Assembly (NCBI GenBank): GCA_012837825.1
Contig: DUQM01000021.1
Coordinates: 1-54,115, forward strand
Source: Actinomycetota bacterium
GTDB taxonomy: Bacteria; Actinomycetota; Humimicrobiia; Humimicrobiales; Humimicrobiaceae
Reading direction: 5' to 3'
Length of the DNA: 54,115 nt
Part shown: in pieces, positions 7,507-17,872 of the stretch
Position numbering within the stretch: position 1 is the first letter of the stretch
Layout: each line of letters opens with the position of its first letter
Made by a program: the position numbers and the translations under genes
Notes under the pieces: generated by a model
What the model saw: only the letters and a program-made list of their open reading frames with translations
What the model was told of the DNA's origin: nothing
The model's database searches: none

Positions 7507-7634
7507 GTTGTTTTATTTTTTTAAAATTTAATTAATATTGATTATTTCATTTTTTTATATAAAATAATAATGCAAAATTTTTACTGATTTTTAATTCTAA
7601 TTATTATATTATTATTAAACGCTGTTTATCTCAA

Positions 7635-7711
7635 GCGGGAATAGCTCAGTTGGCTAGAGCGAAAGCCTTCCAAGCTTTAGGTCGCGGGTTCGAGCCCCGT
7701 TTCCCGCTCCA
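7635..7711 (+). tRNA. tRNA-Gly (anticodon TCC), CCA encoded
   Basis: Acceptor GCGGGAA/TTCCCGC, anticodon stem AAAGC/GCTTT with loop CTTCCAA, T arm GCGGG-TTCGAGC-CCCGT, discriminator T. Confidence 0.9.
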
Positions 7712-7901
7712 TCTCTTAATATTACCTGCATATTTGCTTATTTTTTATTTATCTGAAAAAGTTTAAAATATCGTATATGCGGATTTTTATTGGTCTGAAA
7801 GCAATATATTTCAGAATTATAAGATTTTTGTCTTTAAATATTTATTTATAGCGGTAAAATAATAGAATTGTCAGACGGTAATTAATAAAAATAAGATTAA
7901 G

Positions 7902-9107
7902 ATGGAGAGCAAAATGAAAAAGATGCTAAAATATCTACTGGTTTTTATTATTATTTTTTCTTTTGTTTTTTCAATGCAGGTCGGTACGGTTTCTGCGGCA
8001 ACGAAATCTCAGGCTACAGAATTTGTTACAAGACTTTACAGGATCGTTCTTGAAAGAGAACCTGATGAAGCAGGACTGCAGGCAAATGCTGGAAAGATAC
8101 TGTCAAAAAAAGGAACAGGTGCTCTTCTTGTATCTGATTTCTTCTTCAGTCCTGAATTTATGGCAAAAAATAAAAACAACAGGGATTTTGTAACCTTTCT
8201 TTTCAGGGCATGTTTTAACAGAGAGCCTGATGATTCATCAAATAACTGGATAAGCATGCTTGATAAAGGATACTCAAGGAATTTTGTTCTTGCCAATTTT
8301 GTCAATGCTGCCGAGTTTAAGAATCTGTGCGCCGGCTACGGAGTAAAACAGGGCTATATAGATCCGGGTTCAGCTCCACAGATAACGGTATCACACATAC
8401 CCATAATAGGACTTCACGGAATCGAGAACCAGCCGAGCGGAAGATATGAAATCAGTGCAAGCGCTTTTGATTTTCTGTGTGGAACCCTAAAACATATGGG
8501 ATATGAAACAATAACTTTAAATGACTTATATAATCATTATGCAAAGGGAACCAAACTTCCGGCAAAACCTGTTATCATCACATCAGATGACGGATATCAG
8601 AACATGTACACAGTTGCCTTTCCGATTTTAAAGAAATACAAATACAAAATGACGGTTTTTCTTATCAGCAGTTACATAGGAGACTCAAACTCTTCAAGGA
8701 GAAATAATGATTTTGATTCAGGCATAAAAGGAATTGCAGTCAGACCCATGTTAATATGGCCTGAAGTAAGCCAGATGAACAGATATGGCTGCGAATTCCA
8801 GTCTCATTCGTGGTCCCACAGCATCATGAAAGACATTCCGCTTGAAGCAGCAAAAAATGAACTCATACAATCCAAAAAAGATATAGAAATGCACACAGGC
8901 AAGCCAGTAATATTTATTGCCTGGCCCCATAGCGCAACTTCCAATGAAGTAATAGGTCTTCTCGGGCAGTCTGGTTATGTCGGCGCCTTATATTGGGGTG
9001 GCGGTGTTCAGAGTCTTTCATCAATTGATTTTGCAAGATTAAACAGGGTTCAAATTGTCGCAGAAATATCCCCTGAAGCATATGGAAAAGTTCTTGGGCT
9101 GCAATAA
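7902..9107 (+). CDS. secreted protein with two DUF4214-like repeats and a NodB-type polysaccharide deacetylase domain
   Basis: Signal peptide (KKMLKYLLVFIIIFSFVFS...AAT). FVTRLYRIVLEREPDEAGL and FVTFLFRACFNREPDDSS repeats. Deacetylase motifs TSDDGY and HSWSH. Confidence 0.8.
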   Translation: MESKMKKMLKYLLVFIIIFSFVFSMQVGTVSAATKSQATEFVTRLYRIVLEREPDEAGLQANAGKILSKKGTGALLVSDFFFSPEFMAKNKNNRDFVTFLFRACFNREPDDSSNNWISMLDKGYSRNFVLANFVNAAEFKNLCAGYGVKQGYIDPGSAPQITVSHIPIIGLHGIENQPSGRYEISASAFDFLCGTLKHMGYETITLNDLYNHYAKGTKLPAKPVIITSDDGYQNMYTVAFPILKKYKYKMTVFLISSYIGDSNSSRRNNDFDSGIKGIAVRPMLIWPEVSQMNRYGCEFQSHSWSHSIMKDIPLEAAKNELIQSKKDIEMHTGKPVIFIAWPHSATSNEVIGLLGQSGYVGALYWGGGVQSLSSIDFARLNRVQIVAEISPEAYGKVLGLQ

Positions 9108-9216
9108 AAAATATTGACTTGATGGATGGTTTTTTTTAAAGTATTATACCGTTGCTGAAAATGTATTGTTTGAATTGATATTTTATCTGTTATAATACTC
9201 GTGTTTATTTTGTTGT

Positions 9217-9293
9217 GCGCTTGTAGCTCAGCTGGATAGAGCTACGGACTTCTAATCCGTAGGCCGGGGGTTCGAATCCCTCCAAGCGCGCCA
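9217..9293 (+). tRNA. tRNA-Arg (anticodon TCT), CCA encoded
   Basis: Acceptor GCGCTTG/CAAGCGC, anticodon stem ACGGA/TCCGT with loop CTTCTAA. TATAAT at 9191-9196 lies just upstream. Confidence 0.9.
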
Positions 9294-9330
9294 GTACTTG
9301 GATTTATTTTTAATTTAATTATTTTTTTGT

Positions 9331-9407
9331 GGTGAGAATAGCTCAGCTGGTAGAGCACAGGTCTGTGGAACCTGTGGCCGCGGGTTCGAATCCCGTTTCT
9401 CACCCCA
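9331..9407 (+). tRNA. tRNA-His (anticodon GTG) with G-1, CCA encoded
   Basis: Extra 5' G pairs with C73. Acceptor GTGAGAA/TTCTCAC. Anticodon loop CTGTGGA. Confidence 0.9.
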
Positions 9408-9420
9408 TTTTATTTTGAGA

Positions 9421-9476
<56 letters not shown>

Positions 9477-9497
<21 letters not shown>

Positions 9498-9573
9498 GTA
9501 CTTTAAAAATAAAAGTCATGTTGCTATGCAGCGTTAAAATATGCCGGTGACATATTTTAACAAAGGATTCGAA
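9477..9573 (+). repeat. 97-bp direct repeat copy A (last 21 nt of tRNA-Arg(TCG) plus 76-nt trailer)
   Basis: cgaatccctccaggcgcgccagtactttaaaaataaaagtcatg...aacaaaggattcgaa is identical to 9639-9735. Contains a perfect 11-bp hairpin gttaaaatatg-ccggtga-catattttaac at 9533-9561. Confidence 0.95.
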
Positions 9574-9638
9574 AAGACGGACTGAGCAGAGCGAAGGAGT
9601 CTGCGGCTCTGCAGCGAACCGGAGGTGAGACGAAAGAC
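9574..9638 (+). other. 65-nt GC-rich insert between the two 97-bp repeats; possible small structured RNA or element remnant
   Basis: 39 of 65 nt are G or C in an AT-rich context. Internal 7-bp stem GCAGAGC (9586-9592) / GCTCTGC (9606-9612). The whole insert is closed by GGATTCG / CGAATCC contributed by the flanking repeats. Confidence 0.4.
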
Positions 9639-9735
9639 CGAATCCCTCCAGGCGCGCCAGTACTTTAAAAATAAAAGTCATGTTGCTATGCAGCGTTAAA
9701 ATATGCCGGTGACATATTTTAACAAAGGATTCGAA
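9639..9735 (+). repeat. 97-bp direct repeat copy B (pseudo tRNA-Arg 3' end plus trailer)
   Basis: Base-for-base identical to 9477-9573. It lacks the 5' three-quarters of a tRNA, so it is not a functional tRNA gene. Confidence 0.95.
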
Positions 9736-9784
9736 TTTTAATTGTTTTTTTTAAATTTGTTATTTATTATATTACTTTAAATCA

Positions 9785-9860
9785 GGGTCGTTAGCTCAGT
9801 TGGTAGAGCACCTGACTCTTAATCAGGGGGTCACAGGTTCGAGGCCTGTACGACCCACCA
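9785..9860 (+). tRNA. tRNA-Lys (anticodon CTT), CCA encoded
   Basis: Acceptor GGGTCGT/ACGACCC, anticodon stem CCTGA/TCAGG with loop CTCTTAA. Confidence 0.9.
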
Positions 9861-9871
9861 GCCTGTTTTTA

Positions 9872-9957
9872 GCGAGTGTGGCGGAACTGGCAGACGCGCT
9901 AGCCTTAGGAGCTAGTAGGTAACACCTGTGGGGGTTCGATTCCCTCCACTCGCACCA
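9872..9957 (+). tRNA. tRNA-Leu (anticodon TAG), long variable arm, CCA encoded
   Basis: Acceptor GCGAGTG/CACTCGC, anticodon stem CTAGC/GCTAG with loop CTTAGGA, long variable arm, T arm GGGGG-TTCGATT-CCCTC. Confidence 0.9.
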
Positions 9958-10255
9958 GAGCCAAAGGAATACATAATTTGACATCCTTTCACTGAAAAAT
10001 TTGCCTTCAAAAGTTCTGTTTTCGTGCTCCACACAAATTAACCGTATCCGCGAAGAATAATCATAAATACATTAAAAATATAGACAAGGTCCGGTTTGTA
10101 TTTTTATTTAAATTTATTTATAATAAGTTGTTTAATTTTAGGCACGATGAATTTTATATATTTTATTTCATATTATATTCAAACGGCTTATAGACAAGAT
10201 GGCTTATAAATGTTTATGTTTTGGATTCCATATTATCTAAGGAGGGCGAGAAAAG

Positions 10256-11746
10256 TTGAGTTACAGCATCAAGAGCCAGGAAAAGCTGGAGAAAAATAAA
10301 GTAAAGCTGAAAGTAGAGGTTTCTGACGGTTATTTCAAAAAATCATTAGGGAAAGCCTATAGGGATATTTCTGGAAAGGCTAAGATTCCCGGTTTTAGAA
10401 AAGGAAGAATACCTTATGAGATCATAGATATTAATTACGGAAAAGAGTATGTTCTGGCAGAAGCTGCAAATATCTCCATCTCTGAACTCTATCCGGAAAT
10501 CATTGAAAGTTCTGATATCAAACCGATAGACTATCCCAAAGTTGACATAGACGGAGAGATACTTGAAAACAAACCTGTTAATTTTTTGATAACAGTAGAT
10601 GTTGAGCCAGAGGCAGAACTTGCTAATTACAAAGGAATAAAAGCAAAAGGCCTTCCTACAGAAGTTGAAGAAGAAGAAGTAGATGCACAGATTGAAAATC
10701 TCAGAAACCGGTTTGCCTCACTTGAACCGATTGATGAAAAAGAAGTTTCCCGGAACAGAGATATTGCAACGATAGATTTTAAAGGCACTATTGACGGAAA
10801 AGAATTTGAAGGAGGCAGCTATAATGATTTCATTCTTGATATAGGAGCCGGCAGGCTTTATAAAGAAATCGAAAAAGCTCTTGTAGGTCTTAAAAAAGGT
10901 GAAGAGAAAACTGTAAACGTAAAGATGCCCAAAGAAATAGAAAATAAGGAAATTGCAGGCAAAAAAGCTGAATTCAATCTTAAAATAAAGGAAATCAAGA
11001 GAAAAATCCTCCCGGAAGTAGATGCAGAATTCCTTAAAAATATGGGTGATTTTGAGAATGTCGAAGCTTTAAGAGAATTTATAAAAACAAACATTAAAGA
11101 GCAAAAAGAAAATGCAAGACAGAACAAGATTTTTTCGGATATAGTTGAATATCTTATCGCAAATTCAAAGATAGATATTCCAAAGATCATGATTGAGAAT
11201 GAAGTAAAAGAACTTAAACATGATTTTGACCACAAACTTGAGGATCAGAAAATAACGAAGGATCAGTATCTGTCCTATTTCAATATTACAGAAGAAAAAT
11301 TTGAAAGTGATTTTGAACAGAGAGCATTAAACAATGTAAAAGAATATATAATATTTAACACTCTTGAGAACAAGCTTAGAAAAGAAATTGAACCGAATGA
11401 CAAAGAAATAGAAGAAGAAAAAGAAAGAATCATAAAGAATTCAACCAAAGCGGAAGACAAAAAAAAGCTTGAGGATTATTTCAAAACACCGACAGGTGAA
11501 AAGAATATAAAAAGCTCAATCAGAAGAAAAAAACTGGTGGACATACTTATTAAAAATGCAAAAATAAAAGAAATAAGTGCTGAAGAATTAAAAAAACAGT
11601 CAAAGCTTCAAAAAAATCCGAAGAAGTCGGAACAGAAAAAGTCGGAGCAGGAGGAACCGAAACATAAAAAGTCAGAACAGAAAAAGTCGGAACAGGAGAA
11701 ATCAGAGAAAAAGGAACCGGCAACAAAAGAAACCGGTAACAAATAA
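10256..11746 (+). CDS. tig: trigger factor with lysine-rich repetitive C-terminal tail
   Basis: Ribosome-binding signature PGFRKGRIPY, central FKBP-like region, position upstream of clpP-clpX. TTG start after AAGGAGGG. Confidence 0.9.
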   Translation: MSYSIKSQEKLEKNKVKLKVEVSDGYFKKSLGKAYRDISGKAKIPGFRKGRIPYEIIDINYGKEYVLAEAANISISELYPEIIESSDIKPIDYPKVDIDGEILENKPVNFLITVDVEPEAELANYKGIKAKGLPTEVEEEEVDAQIENLRNRFASLEPIDEKEVSRNRDIATIDFKGTIDGKEFEGGSYNDFILDIGAGRLYKEIEKALVGLKKGEEKTVNVKMPKEIENKEIAGKKAEFNLKIKEIKRKILPEVDAEFLKNMGDFENVEALREFIKTNIKEQKENARQNKIFSDIVEYLIANSKIDIPKIMIENEVKELKHDFDHKLEDQKITKDQYLSYFNITEEKFESDFEQRALNNVKEYIIFNTLENKLRKEIEPNDKEIEEEKERIIKNSTKAEDKKKLEDYFKTPTGEKNIKSSIRRKKLVDILIKNAKIKEISAEELKKQSKLQKNPKKSEQKKSEQEEPKHKKSEQKKSEQEKSEKKEPATKETGNK

Positions 11747-11790
11747 ACTTTAAAAATAAATTTCAATTAAGTATTTTAACGGTGATTTAA

Positions 11791-12390
11791 ATGGAATCAA
11801 TTAAAAATGACTATCTTATCCCAATGGTTGTTGAACAGACCAACAGAGGAGAGAGATCTTTTGACATTTACTCAAGATTACTTAAAGAAAGAATCATTTT
11901 TCTTGGGACAGGAATAGATGATAATGTTGCCAATGTGGTTATGGCGCAGCTTATCCATCTTGAAGCCGATGATCCGGAAAAGGATATACAGCTTTATATT
12001 AACAGTCCCGGGGGAGTAGTAACAGCAGCTCTGGCAATATATGATACAATGCAGTTTATTAAATCCAAAGTATCGACAATATGTATAGGACAGGCAGCAA
12101 GCGCCGCTGCAGTTCTCCTTCTTGCCGGTGAAAAAGGAAAAAGATTCATACTTCCGAATGCAAGAGTCCTTCTTCATCAGCCTTCAGGCGGATTTGAGGG
12201 AACGGCTATTGACGTAGAGATACACACAAAGGAAATGATGAGGCTTAGAGACTCGCTTAACAAAATAATTGCAGGCCATACAGGACAGGATGTCAGCAAA
12301 GTATCAAAAGACACCGAAAGGGATTTTATTTTAACTTCCCAGGAAGCAAAAGCGTACGGAATAGTTGATGAGATAATATTTAAAAAGTAA
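11791..12390 (+). CDS. clpP: ATP-dependent Clp protease proteolytic subunit
   Basis: [18 protein letters not shown], catalytic Ser context [19 protein letters not shown]. Confidence 0.95.
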   Translation: MESIKNDYLIPMVVEQTNRGERSFDIYSRLLKERIIFLGTGIDDNVANVVMAQLIHLEADDPEKDIQLYINSPGGVVTAALAIYDTMQFIKSKVSTICIGQAASAAAVLLLAGEKGKRFILPNARVLLHQPSGGFEGTAIDVEIHTKEMMRLRDSLNKIIAGHTGQDVSKVSKDTERDFILTSQEAKAYGIVDEIIFKK

Positions 12391-12412
12391 TTATTTTAAG
12401 GAGCAATCTGAT

Positions 12413-13687
12413 TTGACAAATGAAAAAGAAGTAAAAGATGATTTTTTAAAATGTTCTTTCTGCGGCAAGACCCAGAAGCAGGTTAAAAAACTAATAGCAG
12501 GTAATGATGTGTACATCTGTGATGAATGTGTCGAACTATGCAATGAGATAATAGATGAGGAAAACAAGATAGAAGATGAAACAGATTTTGGGAATCTTCC
12601 CAAACCTGATGAGATTTATGGCACATTAAACAATTATGTGATAGGCCAGGAAAGAGCAAAAAAGATCCTGTCTGTTGCTGTATATAATCACTATAAGAGG
12701 ATAAAATTTGAAAGCAAGCTGGCAAAAGACGATATAGAAATCCAGAAGAGCAATATACTGCTTATAGGTCCGACAGGATGCGGGAAAACCCTGCTTGCAC
12801 AGACTCTTGCCAGAATATTAAATGTTCCTTTCTGCATTGCCGATGCCACGACGCTTACGGAAGCCGGATATGTGGGAGAAGATGTTGAAAACATTTTGTT
12901 AAAACTTATACAGACTGCAGACTATGATATAAAAAGAGCAGAAACAGGAATAATATATATTGATGAGATAGATAAAATCTCAAGAAAAAGCGAAAACCCT
13001 TCAATTACCAGAGATGTGTCAGGTGAGGGTGTTCAGCAGGCGTTGCTGAAAATCCTTGAAGGCACCGAAGCAAATGTGCCTCCTCAGGGAGGAAGGAAGC
13101 ATCCACATCAGGAACTCATACAGATAAACACCACCAATATTCTTTTTATATGCGGCGGAGCTTTCGGAGGGCTGGAAGAAATTATTGAGAGAAGAATAAA
13201 TAAAAGAAGTGTCGGCTTCATTTCCGATAAGATGCCAAAGAAAAATGAGAGAGCGGACTTTCTTCTGCCGCAGGTCATGCCTGAGGATCTTCTGAAATAT
13301 GGCATGATTCCCGAATTTGTGGGAAGGCTTCCTGTAATATCTACTTTAAAGAATCTTACATCAGATGATCTGATAAGAATACTTACCGAACCCAAGAATT
13401 CCCTTTTAAGGCAATACAAGAAAATGTTTGCACTTGATGATGTCGAGTTGGTTTTTTCTGATGATGCCATAAAGACAATTGCCTTGCTGGCACTGAAAAG
13501 AGGGACGGGTGCAAGAGGTCTGAGATCAATACTTGAAGAAGTCATGCTTGATATCATGTATGACATTCCTTCCATGAAGGAAATTAAAAAGTATATAGTA
13601 ACAAGCGATGTGGTTCTGAATAAAATACAGGATTCAAAATTGTTTAATCAGGAAGAATTAATAGATAAAAAAGAGAAACTTGCATAG
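12413..13687 (+). CDS. clpX: ATP-dependent Clp protease ATP-binding subunit ClpX
   Basis: N-terminal zinc ribbon CSFCGK...CDEC, Walker [25 protein letters not shown]. Confidence 0.95.
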   Translation: MTNEKEVKDDFLKCSFCGKTQKQVKKLIAGNDVYICDECVELCNEIIDEENKIEDETDFGNLPKPDEIYGTLNNYVIGQERAKKILSVAVYNHYKRIKFESKLAKDDIEIQKSNILLIGPTGCGKTLLAQTLARILNVPFCIADATTLTEAGYVGEDVENILLKLIQTADYDIKRAETGIIYIDEIDKISRKSENPSITRDVSGEGVQQALLKILEGTEANVPPQGGRKHPHQELIQINTTNILFICGGAFGGLEEIIERRINKRSVGFISDKMPKKNERADFLLPQVMPEDLLKYGMIPEFVGRLPVISTLKNLTSDDLIRILTEPKNSLLRQYKKMFALDDVELVFSDDAIKTIALLALKRGTGARGLRSILEEVMLDIMYDIPSMKEIKKYIVTSDVVLNKIQDSKLFNQEELIDKKEKLA

Positions 13688-13725
13688 AAAATTATATTTG
13701 TTTTTCGATTTGATAGAAATATATT

Positions 13726-16431
13726 ATGTTTAAAGAATTAACCGGAAGCTATAATCCTTCTGAATTCGAGAGCAGCATCTATGATTTCTGGCTGGGAAAA
13801 AAGTATTTTCATGGAATAACAGGTTCGCAAAAACCGCCTTTCAGCATAGTCATTCCTCCACCCAATGTAACAGGGTATCTGCATATGGGTCATGCACTGA
13901 ATAATTCTCTTCAGGATGCGGTTATAAGATTTAAAAGGATGAAAGGATTTAACTGCTCCTGGTTTCCCGGAACAGATCATGCAGGAATAGCAACCCAGAA
14001 TGTAGTTGAGCGTGAACTGGAAAAGCAGGGAACAAGCAGACATGAAATAGGGCGTGATGAGTTTATCAGAAGAGTCTGGAAGTGGAAGGAAAAACACGGA
14101 AGCAGGATTATCGAACAATTGAAAATCCTTGGTTGCAGCTGTGACTGGGACAGGGAAAGATTCACTTTTGACGACAGCTATGTAAAAGCGGTCAATAGGG
14201 AATTTGTGACTCTGTATAATGACGGCTTGATTTATCGGGGAAATTATATGGTCAACTGGTGTCCGAGGTGCCAGACTGCGGTATCAGATATTGAAGTGGA
14301 GCATCATGAAAAGCATGGAAATCTGTGGGATATCAAATATCCTGTAATAGATGAAAAAACCGGAGAAGCAGATACGGAAAAATATATAGTAGTCTCAACT
14401 ACCCGTCCGGAGACAATGCTTGGCGATACTGCTGTAGCTGTGCATCCAAAAGACAAAAGGTATTCCGGGCTTATCGGAAAATCCGTTTTTTTACCTGTAG
14501 CCAAAAGGAAAATTCCTGTAATTGCTGACGAATATGTTGATATGAAATTCGGAACAGGAGCGGTCAAAGTAACGCCTTCCCATGACCCTAATGATTTTGC
14601 AATGGGACAGAGGCATAGCCTTGAAAAAATAAACATCATGAATGATGACGCAACTTTAAATGAAAATGCCGGAGCATATGAAGGCCTTGACAGGTTTGAA
14701 GCAAGAAAAAAGATCCTTGAGGAACTTGAAAAAACAGGTTTTCTTCTGGGAAAAAAAGAACATATTTCCTCGGTTGGCTCCTGTTCAAGATGCTCGACGG
14801 TAGTTGAACCCCGCATTTCGCTTCAATGGTATGTTTCAATGAAAAAACTCGCTGTTCCTGCAATAGAGGCGGTTAAAAGCGGAAGAATAAAATTTGTTCC
14901 AAAAAAATGGGAAAAGCTTTATTTTAACTGGATGGAAAATATCAGAGACTGGTGTATTTCCAGACAGCTCTGGTGGGGTCACAGGATACCGGTCTGGTAT
15001 TGTGATGATTGCGGCGAAGTAATAGTTACGGAAACTGAACCATCAAAGTGTGTAAAATGCAATTCTTCCGGAATACATCAGGATGAGGATGTTCTTGACA
15101 CATGGTTCAGCTCCGATATGTGGCCTTTTGCGGTAATGGGATGGCCTGAGGACACGGAAGAACTTCACTATTTCTTTCCCACAAGTGTTCTGATAACCGC
15201 TCATGACATTATATTTTTCTGGGTGGCAAGAATGATAATGATGAGCCTTTATTTCATGAAAGATATTCCTTTTAAAGAGGTTTTTATTAACCCTCTTGTC
15301 AATGATGAAAAAGGCCAGAAAATGAGCAAATCCAAGGGAAATGTAATAGATCCTGTATCTATAGTGGAAAAATATGGCTGCGATGTTCTGAGATATACTC
15401 TTACAGCTCTGACCACTCCCGGAAGAAATCTGCTTCTCGGGGAAGAAAAAATCGAAGGCACAAAAAATTTTGCAAACAAAATATGGAATGCTTCAAAATT
15501 TGTCTTGTCTGCAATCAAAGATAGCGATATTGATTTTGAAAGCGAACCGGCAGGCAAAAAACTGAATATATGGGATAAATGGATACTTGAAAGACTTTCA
15601 TGGACAATAAAGAATTATGAGAAATACATTGAAAAATATAACTTTTCATTTGCATTAAAACTATTGCATAACTTTTTCTGGAATGAATTCTGCGACTGGT
15701 ATATAGAGGCTGCAAAAGTAAGCATCTATAGTGATGATGCAGCCGGGAAAAACAATACTGGCTTTGTGCTTCATTATGTTCTTGAGAGATTCCTAAGGCT
15801 GCTGCATCCTGTTATGCCATTTCTGACTGAACGCATTTGGCAGAGTCTTCCGATCCGGGGCGAGAGCATAATGATGGAGGATTTTCCCGGGGCTTTGAAA
15901 AAAATGATATCCTCAGAAGAGTCTCGTGAACTGGAACATCTTTTTGATATTATAAGCGCAGTAAGGAAGTCAAGGTCAGAATTAAACATCAGTCCCGGCA
16001 GTAAAATAAGATTATTTTTTAATGCCGCAGACGCAGATAATAATAAAAATTCTGACAGCCTGAGTTTTATACGCAGTAATGAAAGTTACCTCAAGGCTTT
16101 CTGCAGGGCCTCAGACGTAGCTTACCTGAAACCATCTGCCGGTGATTCTATCATCAAGATAATAATAGGCAGCACCGAGGTATTTTTAGACCTTTCCGGG
16201 GCAATAAATTATGAGCTTGAGATAAAACGGATAGAATCTGACATTAAAAAGCTGGATATTGAACTTAAAAAATCCAATAGTAAAGTAAATAATCCTGATT
16301 TTCTCAGCAAAGCTCCTGAAACGATAGTTAACAAAGAAAAAATCAAGGTAAGCGAATTAAAGAAAAGCCTTGAAATCCTGGAAGCAGAACTGGAAAAAAT
16401 AAAACAGGCCATGCTTTCATCTTCCTCCTGA
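13726..16431 (+). CDS. valS: valine--tRNA ligase
   Basis: PPPNVTGYLHMGH (HIGH), KMSKSKGN, C-terminal coiled coil. Confidence 0.95.
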   Translation: MFKELTGSYNPSEFESSIYDFWLGKKYFHGITGSQKPPFSIVIPPPNVTGYLHMGHALNNSLQDAVIRFKRMKGFNCSWFPGTDHAGIATQNVVERELEKQGTSRHEIGRDEFIRRVWKWKEKHGSRIIEQLKILGCSCDWDRERFTFDDSYVKAVNREFVTLYNDGLIYRGNYMVNWCPRCQTAVSDIEVEHHEKHGNLWDIKYPVIDEKTGEADTEKYIVVSTTRPETMLGDTAVAVHPKDKRYSGLIGKSVFLPVAKRKIPVIADEYVDMKFGTGAVKVTPSHDPNDFAMGQRHSLEKINIMNDDATLNENAGAYEGLDRFEARKKILEELEKTGFLLGKKEHISSVGSCSRCSTVVEPRISLQWYVSMKKLAVPAIEAVKSGRIKFVPKKWEKLYFNWMENIRDWCISRQLWWGHRIPVWYCDDCGEVIVTETEPSKCVKCNSSGIHQDEDVLDTWFSSDMWPFAVMGWPEDTEELHYFFPTSVLITAHDIIFFWVARMIMMSLYFMKDIPFKEVFINPLVNDEKGQKMSKSKGNVIDPVSIVEKYGCDVLRYTLTALTTPGRNLLLGEEKIEGTKNFANKIWNASKFVLSAIKDSDIDFESEPAGKKLNIWDKWILERLSWTIKNYEKYIEKYNFSFALKLLHNFFWNEFCDWYIEAAKVSIYSDDAAGKNNTGFVLHYVLERFLRLLHPVMPFLTERIWQSLPIRGESIMMEDFPGALKKMISSEESRELEHLFDIISAVRKSRSELNISPGSKIRLFFNAADADNNKNSDSLSFIRSNESYLKAFCRASDVAYLKPSAGDSIIKIIIGSTEVFLDLSGAINYELEIKRIESDIKKLDIELKKSNSKVNNPDFLSKAPETIVNKEKIKVSELKKSLEILEAELEKIKQAMLSSSS

Positions 16432-16456
16432 ACTGTCTTATTACATTTTAAAAAAA

Positions 16457-17785
16457 ATGAAAAGTAATGATTTTAAAGAAGTATGCAATTATCTTGACAG
16501 CACTCTTGTTTTCGGCATCAAACCGGGTCTTGAAAGGATGAAAAAATTTCTTGAGCTGGCGAATCATCCCGAAAAAAATACCGATTTCATACATATCGTA
16601 GGCACAAACGGCAAGACCTCCACCACCAAAATGACAGCTTCAATTTTGAAATATCATGGTTTGAAGTCAGGGTATTATATTTCTCCTCATATTCATTCAT
16701 ATACGGAAAGAATTGCGCTTGGCGGAGACGAAATAAGCGAAAAGGAATTCAGCGCAATCTTTTATGAGATATTTCCATTTATTGAAAAAGTTAATTCGGC
16801 AGGCATTAACGGCAGTATGACTCAGTTCGAAATACTTACATGTATGATGTTTTATGCCTGCGGAAAAAATAATCTTGATGTAATGGTGATGGAGGCTGGA
16901 ATGGGCGGCAGATGGGATGCCACAAATGTTGCGGACGCAAAAGTTGCAGGACTTACGGGAGTCAGCCTTGAGCATACCCGGATACTCGGGAAGACAATAG
17001 CGCTTATAGCTTCTGAAAAATCCGAAGTCATCAAAGAAAATTGTCTTGTAGCTTTAAATAGCACCGGTTCGACAGTTAATAGAATATTATTAAAAAAAGC
17101 ACTGCAGACAGGTTCCAGGCTTTATGTTTATAAAAAAGATTTTGACATAAGGGTCATCAGTGAAAGCATCGAGGGGGCGAAAGTATCATTAAAAGGCATT
17201 TACAAATGCTATGACAATATTTATATCCCTCTTGCCGGAGACTATCAGATAAAAAACCTTCTTTTGTCAGTTGTTCTGAGTGAATTATATCTGGGAAGGC
17301 TTTCTTTGGGAGCTGAACAGGAAAAAATAAATGAAGCAGTTAAAAAAACAAATATAAAGGGCAGATTCCAGGTAATAAGCAAAGAGCCTTTTTTTATTGC
17401 AGATGCTTCGCATAATCCGGAAGGAATAAAGAATTTTGTCAAAAATATTAAAAAATTTTTTCCGGATAAAAAAAAGATAATCATATTTTCCGTATTGAAA
17501 GACAAAGATTATCAGAAAATGCTTGAAGATATAATAAAGATTGCTGATATTCTTATTGTGTCAAGCTCCTTAACGGAAAGAAGTCTTTCTGCAGAAGAAA
17601 TAAAGAAAGATGCCTTATATATTGCCGATGCATTAAAAACAAAGAAAGAAAAGCATCCGGAAAAAATAATTGCTGTTGATAATATAGAAAATTCAGTGAA
17701 ATATGCTTTAAATTTAGCCAAAAAAGATGTTATCATATCTTTAACCGGTTCAATAACCAACCTCGAATTTGTAAAAACAGTATAG
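16457..17785 (+). CDS. folC: bifunctional folylpolyglutamate synthase / dihydrofolate synthase
   Basis: Mur-ligase P-loop VGTNGKTST, and position after valS as in many Firmicutes-type genomes. Confidence 0.85.
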   Translation: MKSNDFKEVCNYLDSTLVFGIKPGLERMKKFLELANHPEKNTDFIHIVGTNGKTSTTKMTASILKYHGLKSGYYISPHIHSYTERIALGGDEISEKEFSAIFYEIFPFIEKVNSAGINGSMTQFEILTCMMFYACGKNNLDVMVMEAGMGGRWDATNVADAKVAGLTGVSLEHTRILGKTIALIASEKSEVIKENCLVALNSTGSTVNRILLKKALQTGSRLYVYKKDFDIRVISESIEGAKVSLKGIYKCYDNIYIPLAGDYQIKNLLLSVVLSELYLGRLSLGAEQEKINEAVKKTNIKGRFQVISKEPFFIADASHNPEGIKNFVKNIKKFFPDKKKIIIFSVLKDKDYQKMLEDIIKIADILIVSSSLTERSLSAEEIKKDALYIADALKTKKEKHPEKIIAVDNIENSVKYALNLAKKDVIISLTGSITNLEFVKTV

Positions 17786-17872
17786 TTTTGATAAAATTGC
17801 TCGACTGCTATTTATTGCAATTCGGGGATTTTTTGTTTAAAAGTTGTTTTTTTGTTAAAAATTGGAGGATTG

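Noticed and set aside
9574-9638. Hammerhead or other small self-cleaving ribozyme in the GC-rich insert
   Set aside because: The CUGAGCA...GAA segment does not fit the CUGANGA...GAAA hammerhead core, and I could not build the three-stem junction. The question stays open pending a covariance-model search.
9958-10000. An 11-mer TTTGACATCCT shared between Rr (186-196, 1626-1636) and the region 30 nt downstream of tRNA-Leu (9987-9997)
   Set aside because: A single 11-mer match between a 126-nt query and about 108 kb of two-strand sequence is expected by chance. The distance from the CCA differs (55 versus 30 nt), and the match contains the generic -35 hexamer TTGACA.
13688-13725. T-box leaders upstream of valS (13688-13725) and leuS (37864-37919)
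   Set aside because: The intergenic regions are only about 38 and 56 nt, far too short for a T-box riboswitch.
10858-17760. Numerous 60-170-aa antisense ORFs inside tig, clpX, valS, folC and other long genes
   Set aside because: Each lies entirely within, and antisense or out of frame to, a confidently identified conserved gene. Their Ser/Phe/Ile-rich low-complexity translations are typical of the reverse strand of AT-rich coding sequence.
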